Below are positions 49,839 through 61,282 of a stretch of 64,000 nt of DNA, piece by piece. A model generated the notes under the pieces. The model made no database searches, was not told the origin of the DNA, and saw nothing but the letters and a program-made list of their open reading frames with translations. Numbering within the stretch: the first letter of the stretch is position 1; each line of letters opens with the position of its first letter. Made by a program: the position numbers and the translations under genes. The DNA is from Oikopleura dioica (taxonomy: Eukaryota > Animalia > Chordata): contig OU015567.1 of the NCBI GenBank assembly GCA_907165135.1, positions 8,432,001-8,496,000 on the forward strand, read 5' to 3'.

Positions 49839-51843
49839 CTACGTGGATTTGTACATTGGGATCGCTCCGGTGTAGATGATTCCCTGTTCCACAGCGCAGG
49901 TACCAGCTGGTTTCAATTGGTTAGCTTCGCAGCATTGGTCGGATGGAATGTTGTACTGCTGGAAGGCGCCAAGATCGGTTCCGCAGCACATGCTAACGTG
50001 CGCTAGAATTTTTATTAGAACACATTCAAGATGACGGGCGATTGTGATAAAAATAAACTTTTTGATGTCAACTTACCGAGACCTCCTTGTGCTTTTTGGC
50101 AATTGGCTTTATCGAAGTTCTGGAAAGCGGCGTTGGGAGTTCCGATTTGCGAAAGAACTGTAGCCAAAGCTTTGTCGCACTCGCAAATTGCCTTCTCAAA
50201 TGGATCAGAATTGTCACAATCGGTTCCAGTTGGCTGTGTGTACTCCCAGAAGCTGGTCTGAAGTGTTCCTGGAGCAAGAGAATCGACAGAGCATCGGACG
50301 CACTTCTTCCAGCCGTTGATGGCGAGATCGACTTCATCAACTGGTCGGCCGTTGTTGTGGGCGAATGGCTCAAGAAGACCACGTCCAGTGCAACCGTAAT
50401 CGGTCAAAGCATTTCCGGCAAAATCGGTGGCGATCGCGTTCAACCACCAGTTCACGTCGACCTTGGCAGCTTGAGCGATGAGTTTTACGCAAACACGTTC
50501 GCTGGTACGCTGCATGGGATCGTAGGCGATCGCGCAGAGATCGTGAGATCCAGCTGCGATCTGGGAAACGGTGGGTGTCCATGTGCAAGTGGACTGACCG
50601 GTGCTCTTGTCAACTAAGGTGCAGGACATTCCTGTTGGCCCAGAGAAGATGATTCGGTCCATGTCGACAAATGTGCCGCCATTGGCACTGTACTCGGCGA
50701 AGAAATCGAGAGACATCGAGCCAGATACAGTGATAACGTCACCGTTTGCGGGAGTAGAGCCGGTGAAGGTGGGGAGACCGGTGCAGTGATCGGGCAGAGC
50801 TTGTCGTCGACCTCGGTAGTGAGTTGAGTCGTGGGAATCATGACCGAGGAAGTCGAAATGATCGTCGCCGTCGACTTCGTCGAAAAGGCCAGAGAAGAAT
50901 TTCTGGCCAGTTCGGATGAAGGAGCTGGGGGTGGGAGCAACGCCGGGAGCAGATGGAGCCGGCATTTGCGGAGTCCAGACTGTAGCCATGAACTGAGCGG
51001 GCATTGAAGATCGAAGAGTTCCGTCAGCAGCGTAGTCCTCGACCTGGATGGCAAGTGGCTTGATGCCTGAGGCGAAAGCGTCGGCAGCTGGATCGTAAGT
51101 GACAACGCAATTGTCCTCGTCGAGGATGAGGGAATCGAAACGTCCCTTGTCTCGTGAGAGGAACTCGGCTTCGGTTTCGCTGGCCCATCGGCACTTGATG
51201 TTGTCGCCGTCGGGATCAGTTGGGTTGAGGTACAATTTCTGATCGGTGCAGCCGGTCATGATGTACCAAATGGCGGGGATCTTGAACTGGGGCGAGTTGT
51301 TGGTCAAATCGTAGACGGTGGAGGCGAAGTTGTAGGCGCCGCTGAAAGAGACACCGTCATCATCTTGCATTGGAATCGTGCAGCAACCGTTAGCAACGTG
51401 CGTAAATGGCTGGGAGACGGAGAAACTCTCGTCAACGTAGCCGAAGCAGTAGTGAGTGCCAGAATCCAAAGATGCAGAATCTTCGATTTCGTTGACAACG
51501 TACGTTCCAGTGGTTCCAGATGCACCGGTGTTAACTAAGACGTTTCCGGACAAGTCATTAATTGTTTCGGTGATCATAGCAGTACTGAAGATATATTTAA
51601 ATATATTCTCGTCGTCATTCGAGATGATAAAAATCTCTCTGAATTCCCAAAAAAAAATTTTTACCTGACATCCTGGTTGGCAACATTGGAGGCGGTACAA
51701 CCAGTTCCGTAACCGTCCATGGTTCGTCGCCAACCCATAGTTCGAGTGACCTGGAGGTTGCCGCCATCTTGTCGGTACTGGTAGGAACCAGCTCGGTAGT
51801 GGGAAGCAAGAGAAGAAGAAAGAAAGGTCGCCAAAAATTTCAT
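49839..51843 (-). CDS. Secreted Cys-rich protein, paralogue B (same architecture as A)
   Basis: MKFLATFLSSSLASHYRAGSYQYRQDGG; same domain order and intron positions as A; ends PMYKST* at 49839. Confidence 0.8.
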
Positions 51844-52339
51844 GTTTTTTCAACTTTTTTGGGATTACTTACTCGTCTCTCAGAGTGTGTATGATGAACC
51901 GCAATAATTGCCGTGCGTTTATATTGGCACCGCGCGGTGGAAAGATAAGGATAAGCTTCGAAGTCGGCGCAGGGAAATGTAAACTCTGATATCATAGTAT
52001 TGAGATAATGTAAGAATCCAAATACTTCCTTCATAAGATTTCGATGTCCAGGCTCCCTGAGAAAGCGGTTGTATTGTTTTCTGATTTGTGGGAAATGGCA
52101 ATTCGAGGATATGCAAATCTACTCTATCAAAACGGAGCGAGTACTTTTGGTAATTGATTTTTGCATGCGATTTATCTACATATTCACGCAATGTTCCCGC
52201 GCTGAACTAATACTCAACAAGTGCTGCCATGAAAAATTCAAGCTCTTGAACATATTTTCTGATGAATTTTTAAACTTTAATAAGACACAAGCCCTCGCTC
52301 GAATTAGTTTTAATTCTTCAGACGTATTAAAGAGAGAGA

Positions 52340-53024
52340 ATGAACTCCCTGACAAAAACGGAAAGAGAGAATTTGATTAAAGTCTATAAAAAGTTGGATG
52401 AAAATGGCGACGGAAAACTTGCACGCGTAGAGCTTATCAATGCTGTTCGAAATTATTTGGACGAAACAAATCAAGCTGAAACAGAAACCAAACGAAGACA
52501 GGGTGCGGTTCTTTATTCGCTTATGATTTTTTCATTTCTTGTTTAGTTCTGAGCATTGTGGAGACAGTTGTAAAAGCAATCGACAAGGATAAAAATGGGC
52601 TCATTTGCTTGGACGAAATGGCAACCACGTTTAGGGATGAGTGTCAAGATGGACCAGTTGTAGTTGTTGCTGCAATTTTGAGGAAAGTCCCAAAGAATTT
52701 TCGATATTCTAAAAAACCCTTCAGATTTTCTCTTTGGTTTGCAAACGTGGATAGCTCAAATGACGGTAAAATTTCGAAAGAAGAACTTTACGACTTCATT
52801 TACGCCTCCCTTCCACGTTAGATCGATATTTTAGTTTTGTGACCTAAGATTAAAGAATAGAAGATTGCGCAGCTAGCCAGAGAGGATCGCAAGCTGAGAA
52901 CTTGGCTGAAATGGTGACGAAGAAAATTCTCGCTGGAGTTGATGCGGATTCGGATGGCATGATGTCTGTCGAAGAAGCTGTTGGAGCAATTCAAGGTTGT
53001 TGGAAAGAGTGGGACAATCTCTAG
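52340..53024 (+). CDS. Four-EF-hand calcium-binding protein
   Basis: Loops DENGDGKLARVE, DKDKNGLICLDE, DSSNDGKISKEE, DADSDGMMSVEE. Confidence 0.8.
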
Positions 53025-53331
53025 GCTCGACTCAAATGATCTTTTAGGCTTTCACATTTTCCCTGCATGAACTGACATTTGAAGAATTTCAATAAAAATA
53101 ATCATTCTTCTTGAAAACTCTGATTTCCACTTCAATATCGCCTTTACTTATAATTCTTTTTTTTTTCTTACTGCTTCTTATTTTTCGCCAAAAATAACCG
53201 AGTCGATCATCGTGAATCAATCATATTGCACCTTCAATCTCCTAAAAAGCCAGTTTAATTATCGGCTGTCCTTGAAAGTCTGTCTCAGTCCGTCCGCTAA
53301 GTCAGCTTATTCGTTCCTCTGTGTTATTCTT

Positions 53332-55247
53332 ATGAAAGAAGGCGAAGCAGCTACAGCGGGGTTTTTCGCCTTTTTAGTGGTTTTCCCGACAATCGGTACG
53401 GAACTGACAGAGAGGAATCGCGTTTACTTTTCATTCAGCTCTTTTTCTTATCTTGAAATGCTTCGCTACAAATCAGCAAAGAAGGGTCAGTCTAATTACT
53501 TCTAAATTAATCAACAAAAATTGTTTAGATGCGGCTAAATACACCTTATAATTTGAATTTTGCCAGGTTGAGCATCAAGCCAAATCTCGAGGTACTAAAA
53601 CAAAAATTAAAAAACCGTCAAGATCTTTTAGCCGTGCATGGCTTGCCATCGAGTTTCTCCGATTCCGAGGCGTAACGGACGAATAAAGCCTTTGATTCCA
53701 GTTGAGAAACTGAAGTTTTGGTCGATTTCCTCTCCATCCCTCCTTTCTTCGATGGAAACAACCGCGAGTAGAAGATACGAAAATTTGAACTTCCCAATTC
53801 GCGAAAGTTTGATGAGTGTCGACAGAGAATTAACGAAACCACTTTCAGAAATATAGTAATAATTACTTATTGATTAAATCAAAAAGTAGTTGAACGGGAA
53901 CTGCTCATTAGCAAGGATTGATGATGGTTTTAGTAAAATTTCTCAAATAAATTATTTTCAACAAAACCTCTTTCTCATTAAATATTTTCCAGTCTTCAAG
54001 AAAGCTTCATTTTTGAGAAGAAAGCGAAGATAAAACCTGTTAAAGAAACATATTAATTAAAAGCAGATGATCTTAGATTTACGCTGTCTATAGAGTTGGA
54101 AGCAGAAAAGAGTCAGTTTCCTCACGAGAAAATCAGATAATCGCCATTTAAATTTAAGAATCAGTTTGCCAAATCGGCCATGTAAGATATCTCAATCTGT
54201 GCATACACTGCCAATATAAAGTGCTCTCATCACTTCTTTTGAAGAAAAAGAAGCTTGCAATTGAATATCTTTTTAAATGAACTTGATGGAAATGAGAACC
54301 AAATATTCGAAGAAATGGCTCGTGCCAAGAAAAAAGAGACTGCCAGAAAATAGTTGTAGTGAAGATTCTGAGAAAAAATCACAAAGAAAGCGCTTCAGCG
54401 AATCTTTTGTTTTGTCTTCAAAATAACAGTTTCGAGTATATTGATCATGCAATATTACTGACTGCTACAGTCACTCCCGGCCATATTTCCACGGTACTAT
54501 CGTTCAAAAATGCTATGTTTCTCAAGCGCGGTGAAAAGAGAACGAAAAAAATCGGCCGAAAATGAAGTTGAAACTATCGGGTTGAGAATAACCAGGGCTT
54601 GGAAAAGCTTCAAGAAAAAAATCACCCCAGCGGAATATATTCCAAGAAGCAAGATGCGATTCTCCAACAGGCGTCGTCCAGCTATCGTCAAAGTTGAAAA
54701 ATCGCTTCTTTTTGAGCCAATTATTCCTCGAAATTCACGTATTTTTCAACTTTTGCAAGGGCACCAAATAATAATCAAAGAAAGAAAAGATTGTTGGCAG
54801 ACTCCGTCTGACCTTTCTTGGGGTAAAGGAACATTACATGTACCTTCAGTTCTGAAGTAACTGTAATTCAGATATTGACTTCGACGAAAGTAACCGAGCT
54901 GAGTTTTCTGATTTTTCTCAATCAGATCCTTATGAAAATGCGTCGATTAGTACAATGAGCAAAGCGGCCTTGTAAGATGGAATCACAGTTACAGGTATTT
55001 ACTGATGCTTTTTGTAGCGATGAAGACATTGACTTGGAAATGATGGACGATGGAATCAGCACGAATTCTGGAGGAAGCAATGACATCAACAACGATCAGT
55101 CACTTTCTGAGTACGAGGAAAGAAGCTTCAGGTGAGCGAAGAAGGGGACCTTCAGTTTGTAAAAGAAATTCTAGCAACAGCTCGGCGATTGTGTACGAAT
55201 GGGAAGACCTGAATATCGACGAGATTTCTGCTTTGGTCAGACACTAA
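53332..55247 (+). CDS. Possible multi-exon gene of unknown function (basic middle, acidic end)
   Basis: Exon-like ORFs 54510-54860 and ~54870-55247; structure unresolved. Confidence 0.3.
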
Positions 55248-55757
55248 TATTCTTGTTTTCTTTCTTTCTTCGCTCGCGGTTATTTTTAAATAATGATAAA
55301 TCGACAATTACGGGAGTTTTGTCCAACGATTTTCCGACATTTTAGGGGTCAGATTATCCTTTTTACAAAAAAAGAAAGCGGAGATATGCACAAAAGCTTA
55401 TCGCAAAAAGTCATAAAATAAAAGACATTCTATACAAAAATGTGTTCTCAAGCTCTAGAAAATAAAATCGAATTCGTGTGGACCAAAGAATAGACACTTG
55501 TTCGTTTTCTGCTCATTCCTCTCTCTTCTGAAAATAAAGCTGAGAAATTTTCAACCCCATCAATGAAGGAAAATTCCTTACGATCTCCGCATCGATTGCG
55601 CAACAGTTCGTCTCGAGCCAATCAGCGACGCGGATTTTTGGAAAGTTTGGAATTCGTCGTTTTTCGCGCTTTTCGAGAGATTATCTCCTGTCCAGGAAAC
55701 TGCCGAGTTGAGAAAGTAAAAGAATGAAAATTTTAGAGATATCCGAAGAAAAAAAGA

Positions 55758-58425
55758 ATGTCGGGTGCTTCTGGGGCGACGTATTTCGGACAACCGGCGC
55801 TTTATGGATTGATGAAAAAGGTTGATCTGCCGGAAAGGGATGAGAGAGAATTGAAATCGTCGGAGAATGCTGGAGAACTGCCTACTGTAGGAAAGGGTGA
55901 CTGCTTGATCAACTAGAAACACTTATCTATTCTATATTGATGATTTCAAAAAACTTTTTGTGGGGCCGGAAATCGTAAAAAACTGCAAGTGCAGTTTTCT
56001 TCAGCTCGTCAAGACGAGTCGAATGATGGGTCTAACTCCTGATAACTCTAAGGATTTACCGGTTTACCGGCTGGTTACCGGAAAATACGTTGTCACCGGC
56101 CGTTTTTGTTCTAGAAGTGATAGACTAATGTTTGACACCGGAAATTGTTTCTTATAGTCAGTTCTCCTGCAGCCTAAAAGATGAAGGTTGTATCAATTCT
56201 CTGAAGAGAGTTATCACTAAAATACTATTTTTGGCGAAAATGGGACTAGAAATTAGGAACGTGCAGCAACAACAAAATTTAAGTAAAAATTACTGTTTTT
56301 AGTGATAACTCTCTTCAGAGAATTTATACAACCTTCATCTTTTAGGCTGCAGGAGAACTGACTATAAGAAACAATTTCCGGTGTCAAACATTAGTCTATC
56401 ACTTCTAGAACAAAAACGGCCGGTGACAACGTATTTTCCGGTAACCAGCCGGTAAACCGGTAAATCCTTAGAGTTATCAGGAGTTAGACCCATCATTCGA
56501 CTCGTCTTGACGAGCTGAAGAAAACTGCACTTGCAGTTTTTTTACGATTTCCGGCCCCACAAAAAGTTTTTTGAAATCATCATTCATTCCCCTAATCATA
56601 TTCACCCTTGAAAAGGCGGCTTATCAACATGGATCGCAGTGAACGCATTCGGTGAAGTCCTTGCAGGCCTTGCCGCTCCTTTGGACAACGTCTTTCCTTC
56701 AAATCTAACTCCGATTTCAAAAGAAGAACATGAAAGCATTCTTCTGGCGCGAACCTTCGCGATGGAATGCTCCCTCCGCCACGCGAAGAAGAAACAGAAA
56801 GAAAAAGAAAAGGCTCTTCAGCAGCAACAAATTGCAAGGCAGAGGGCTGTTCATTTGATGTGTCGGATTTACGTCGGAGCGGTTAATTATGAAGTTGGAG
56901 AAGCTACTGTCAAAAGTAAGACTCTCAAAAATTTTAACTAAGATTTGCCATAAAGCTTGCGGCTTCTCTCTTCGTAATTATGAAAATATTAATGTCCATT
57001 TTCAGCTTCTTTCGAAACCTTCGGTCCAGTGCGATCAGTAGACATGATTTACGACATCAACACTGGAAGACACAAAGGTTTCGCTTTCGTCGAATTTGAA
57101 ACACCAGAAGCTGCACATTTGGCGTGCGAAGACATGCAAGGCGCAACTGTTGGAGGAAGATCGGTGAAAGTTGGAAGAACTTCGAATATGGGAATGGCAG
57201 AACACTTTATCTCGCAATTCGCTCAAGAAGCCGCTAGGTACTTTTAAAGGGGAATACTGTTAAATTCATCTTAAATTCAGGTACAATCGTATATACGTCG
57301 CGAGTGTACACGAGAACTTGTCAGACGACGACATTCGCGCTGTTTTCGAAGCATTCGGCCGAGTTGTCAGTTGTTCCCTAGTACGAGACGTCAGCGATCC
57401 CGAAACGCACTGCGGCTATGGCTATATCGAGTTCGAGAATCCAGAATCAATGGAAGAAGCGGTCAAGGCGATGGATCGCTACGACTTGGGTGGTAAAATG
57501 CTGCGCGTTTGTGCTTGCGTCGTGCCGCCCAGTTTGCAGAACATCACCACTTCCAACAACAAGGATTTGAAAGACGAGGACAAACTGAAACCGGCGATGA
57601 TGCTTTCCGAAATGATCAAAAGAACTGAAGCGCTTGGAAGAATGTTGCCAGATGCGGAGGGCAGTTCGCAGCCGATGGAAGTTGACCAAAAAGCTATTGC
57701 TGGACCTAAAGGATCTGCTGCTGCGGAGAAAGTAAGGAATAAGGAGGTTTGGTTTTCCGTTAAAATGGAGACCATCTATAAGGACTTTCTCATTGGACCC
57801 CAGATTTTTTATTTTACTTATCGTTATGTAATCTTAGGTGTTGAGATCAATATGGATTTAAATTAATTTTGAACTAATCAATTTCTTTTAGTCGATCAAC
57901 AGCTCGAGCATCGAAGCGGACGCGCAGAATGTGACGCTTTCTGGCCAAGATCAGCGCAATTTCTTGATGAACAAGCTTTCAAGAGCCCCTCAAACCAGAG
58001 TCCTCGTTTTGCGAAATATGCTCAAGGCGGATGAACTCGACGGAGAGGTCGGGGAATTTATCATTTTTTTAGAAATAGCATGTTTTGTATTTAGGTTGAG
58101 GCGGAAGTGACTGAAGAGTGCGAGAATTATGGAAAAGTTACGAAAGTTGTTATTTATCAAGAGAGGCAGAGTGCTGATACCGATGCTGAAATCGTTGTCA
58201 AGATATTTGTTCAATTCAGGTAAATACAGCGATAGCAGCGAGAATACATCAGTGAGAACTCAGAATCGCTTCTGAAGAGAGACTCGTATTCAACTCATTT
58301 TCAGTCTTCCACAAGAAGTGCAAACAGCAATTTCGGCCCTGGACAAGCGCTGGTTCAATGGCAATCAAATTTCCGCGCAAATCTACGACCAAACTGCCTT
58401 CGACATGAAAGACTACACGGGCTAG
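55758..58425 (+). CDS. PUF60: Poly(U)-binding splicing factor PUF60/half-pint
   Basis: [14 protein letters not shown]; [10 protein letters not shown] (RRM1); [18 protein letters not shown]...FEAFG (RRM2); VLVLRNML...EVTEEC..YG.V..VVIYQE...VKIFVQF...RWFNG (UHM). Confidence 0.92.
55938..56582. repeat. Near-perfect large palindrome (foldback): ~285-bp arms, ~74-bp spacer, in a PUF60 intron
   Basis: 55938-56222 is the reverse complement of 56297-56582 with only about two differences seen (one substitution, one homopolymer indel). Confidence 0.93.
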
Positions 58426-58653
58426 TGAAATTAAATGTCACATGACCACCGCTGTTCTGGCGAGACAAAAGGACAATTCAAGTCTCATTTACATCCAAGC
58501 GCGAAATCAAATCGAAAAAATAGCTCAATTGTCAATTTCCGTGAAAGTTCTAGTAAAATCGAGAAAAATTATAAAAAACGCCCATTTTTTATTATTTTGG
58601 GCGATTCATTTCAAAACTGCCTGTCTGAGTCTGATCGAGTCGCCCTTTGCGTA

Positions 58654-61155
58654 CCGTGGGCGAGAGATATCACGACGGAGTCTGAGGGCCCGGGCCGGGG
58701 TTTTGAATATTTCGCGCACATTCAAATATTTTCCCATGCTTGATGGAGGACTTTTATCTGGTGGAAGACCAAATTGATGGAAGATAGGTCTAACCTAGAC
58801 TATTTAAGATAAATTAATCTTTAACTTATAAATAGATAACAATTTTAAAAAATCTTGATCATGTGACTCTTGGAGGACCCTGGAGGACTTTTTCTGGTGG
58901 AAGACCGGCCTTCCTGGAAGACCCTTAAAATTCAGCCACCTTCCATGATTTTTAAATTTAAGGGGCTTGTCGAAGGGCCGTCTAAGCCCCGTCTCTGGCA
59001 AATTTAAATTAAGGGCTTGACGGCCCTTCGGGCCGTCTCAGCCCCGTCTCTGGCAAATTTAAATTAAGGGCTTGACGGCCCTTCGGGCCGTCTCAGCCCC
59101 GTCTCTGGCAAATTTAAATTAAGGGCTTGACGGCCCTTCGGGCCGTCTCAGCCCCGTCTCTGGCAAATTTAAATTAAGGGCTTGACGGCCCTTCGGGCCG
59201 TCTCAGCCCCGTCTCTGGCAAATTTAAATTAAGGGCTTGACGGCCCTTCGGGCCGTCTCAGCCCCGTCTCTGGCAAATTTAAATTAAATTCTTGACGGCC
59301 CTTCGGGCCGTCTCAGCCCCGTCTCTGGCAAATTTAAATTAGGGGCTTGACGGCCCTTCGGGCCGTCTCAGCCCCGTCTCTGGCAAATTTAAATTAAGGG
59401 GCTTGACGGCCCTTCGGGCCGTCTCAGCCCCGTCTCTGGCAAATTTAAATTAAGGGGCTTGACGGCCCTTCGGGCCGTCTCAGCCCCGTCTCTGGCAAAT
59501 TTAAATTAAGGGGCTTGACGGCCCTTCGGGCCGTCTCAGCCCCGTCTCTGGCAAATTTAAATTAAGGGCGTTTGACGGCCCTTCGGGCCGTCTCAGCCCC
59601 GTCTCTGGCAAATTTAAATTAAGGGCTTGACGGCCCTTCGGGCCGTCTCAGCCCCGTCTCTGGCAAATTTAAATTAGGGGCTTGACGGCCCTTCGGGCCG
59701 TCTCAGCCCCGTCTCTGGCAAATTTAAATTATGGGCTTGACGGCCCTTCGGGCCGTCTCAGCCCCGTCTCTGGCAAATTTAAATTAAAGGCTTGACGGCC
59801 CTTCGGGCCGTCTCAGCCCCGTCTCTGGCAAATTTAAATTAAGGGGCTTGACGGCCCTTCGGGCCGTCTCAGCCCCGTCTCTGGCAAATTTAAATTAAGG
59901 GGCTTGACGGCCCTTCGGGCCGTCTCAGCCCCGTCTCTGGCAAATTTAAATTAAGGGGCTTGACGGCCCTTCGGGCCGTCTCAGCCCCGTCTCTGGCAAA
60001 TTTAAATTAAGGGGCTTGACGGCCCTTCGGGCCGTCTCAGCCCCGTCTCTGGCAAATTTAAATTAAGGGGCTTGACGGCCCTTCGGGCCGTCTCAGCCCC
60101 GTCTCTGGCAAATTTAAATTAAGGGCTTGACGGCCCTTCGGGCCGTCTCAGCCCCGTCTCTGGCAAATTTAAATTAAGGGCTTGACGGCCCTTCGGGCCG
60201 TCTCAGCCCCGTCTCTGGCAAATTTAAATTATTTTTGACGGCCCTTCGGGCCGTCTCAGCCCCGTCTCTGGCAAATTTAAATTAAGGGCTTGACGGCCCT
60301 TCGGGCCGTCTCAGCCCCGTCTCTGGCAAATTTAAATTAGAGGCTTGACGGCCCTTCGGGCCGTCTCAGCCCCGTCTCTGGCAAATTTAAATTAAGGGCT
60401 TGACGGCCCTTCGGGCCGTCTCAGCCCCGTCTCTGGCAAATTTAAATTAAGGGCTTGACGGCCCTTCGGGCCGTCTCAGCCCCGTCTCTGGCAAATTTAA
60501 ATTAAGGGGCTTGACGGCCCTTCGGGCCGTCTCAGCCCCGTCTCTGGCAAATTTAAATTAAGGGGCTTGACGGCCCTTCGGGCCGTCTCAGCCCCGTCTC
60601 TGGCAAATTTAAATTAAGGGGCTTGACGGCCCTTCGGGCCGTCTCAGCCCCGTCTCTGGCAAATTTAAATTAAGGGGCTTGACGGCCCTTCGGGCCGTCT
60701 CAGCCCCGTCTCTGGCAAATTTAAATTAAGGGGCTTGACAATGGCTGGGAATGAGGTGATCAATCTCAGTCCCCAACCCCGCCCACTCCCATCGTTTTTA
60801 AAATTCAAATTGACAAAGTTTTCAATTATGTTATGGTTTTGAATTTATTTTTTCAATTTAAAGATTTCTTTTTATTATTATTTACAAATAATTATTATTA
60901 AGTTTATTCATTATTACTAAATGAAAGTCAAAGTTATAAGAATTGAAGGAGGAAGAAGTTTCTTAGGCCAATTATTGAGAAAGGTGAATTGTGAAAAATG
61001 TTTCTAGACGGGGGGTTGTTGTTGTTCTTCGCGGAGGACCCACTCCCACGTGGCGCAAGATGCGCGCCAAAAAGAGCAAAAAGATTGGGACGAGAAAAAC
61101 ACGCGCAAATGCCCCAATCTATTTCCCCCTCCGTCGTGAAATCTCTCGCCCACGG
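58654..61155. mobile_element. Non-autonomous DNA transposon (TA TSD, 27-bp TIRs; Tc1/mariner-pogo type) containing a satellite array
   Basis: TA|CCGTGGGCGAGAGATATCACGACGGAG at 58654 and CTCCGTCGTGAAATCTCTCGCCCACGG|TA ending 61155 (1 mismatch). Confidence 0.85.
58951..60739. repeat. Homogeneous tandem satellite, 55-56-bp unit, ~32 copies
   Basis: Unit GGGCTTGACGGCCCTTCGGGCCGTCTCAGCCCCGTCTCTGGCAAATTTAAATTAA; variation is almost confined to the G-run region. Confidence 0.97.
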
Positions 61156-61282
61156 TATTCTCGAACATTCCGATTTCATGAATACTGTCCAATTTATAAA
61201 TTCGCAGCTCGGCAAGAGAACGAGCTCATTTCTATTTCAATAAAAAGAACCCAATAAGGAAAGAGAAAATTTAGATATTCGG

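Noticed and set aside
58951-60739. CRISPR-like array (palindromic repeats at regular spacing)
   Set aside because: Units are fully identical with no unique spacers, there are no cas genes, and the context is eukaryotic. It is a satellite.
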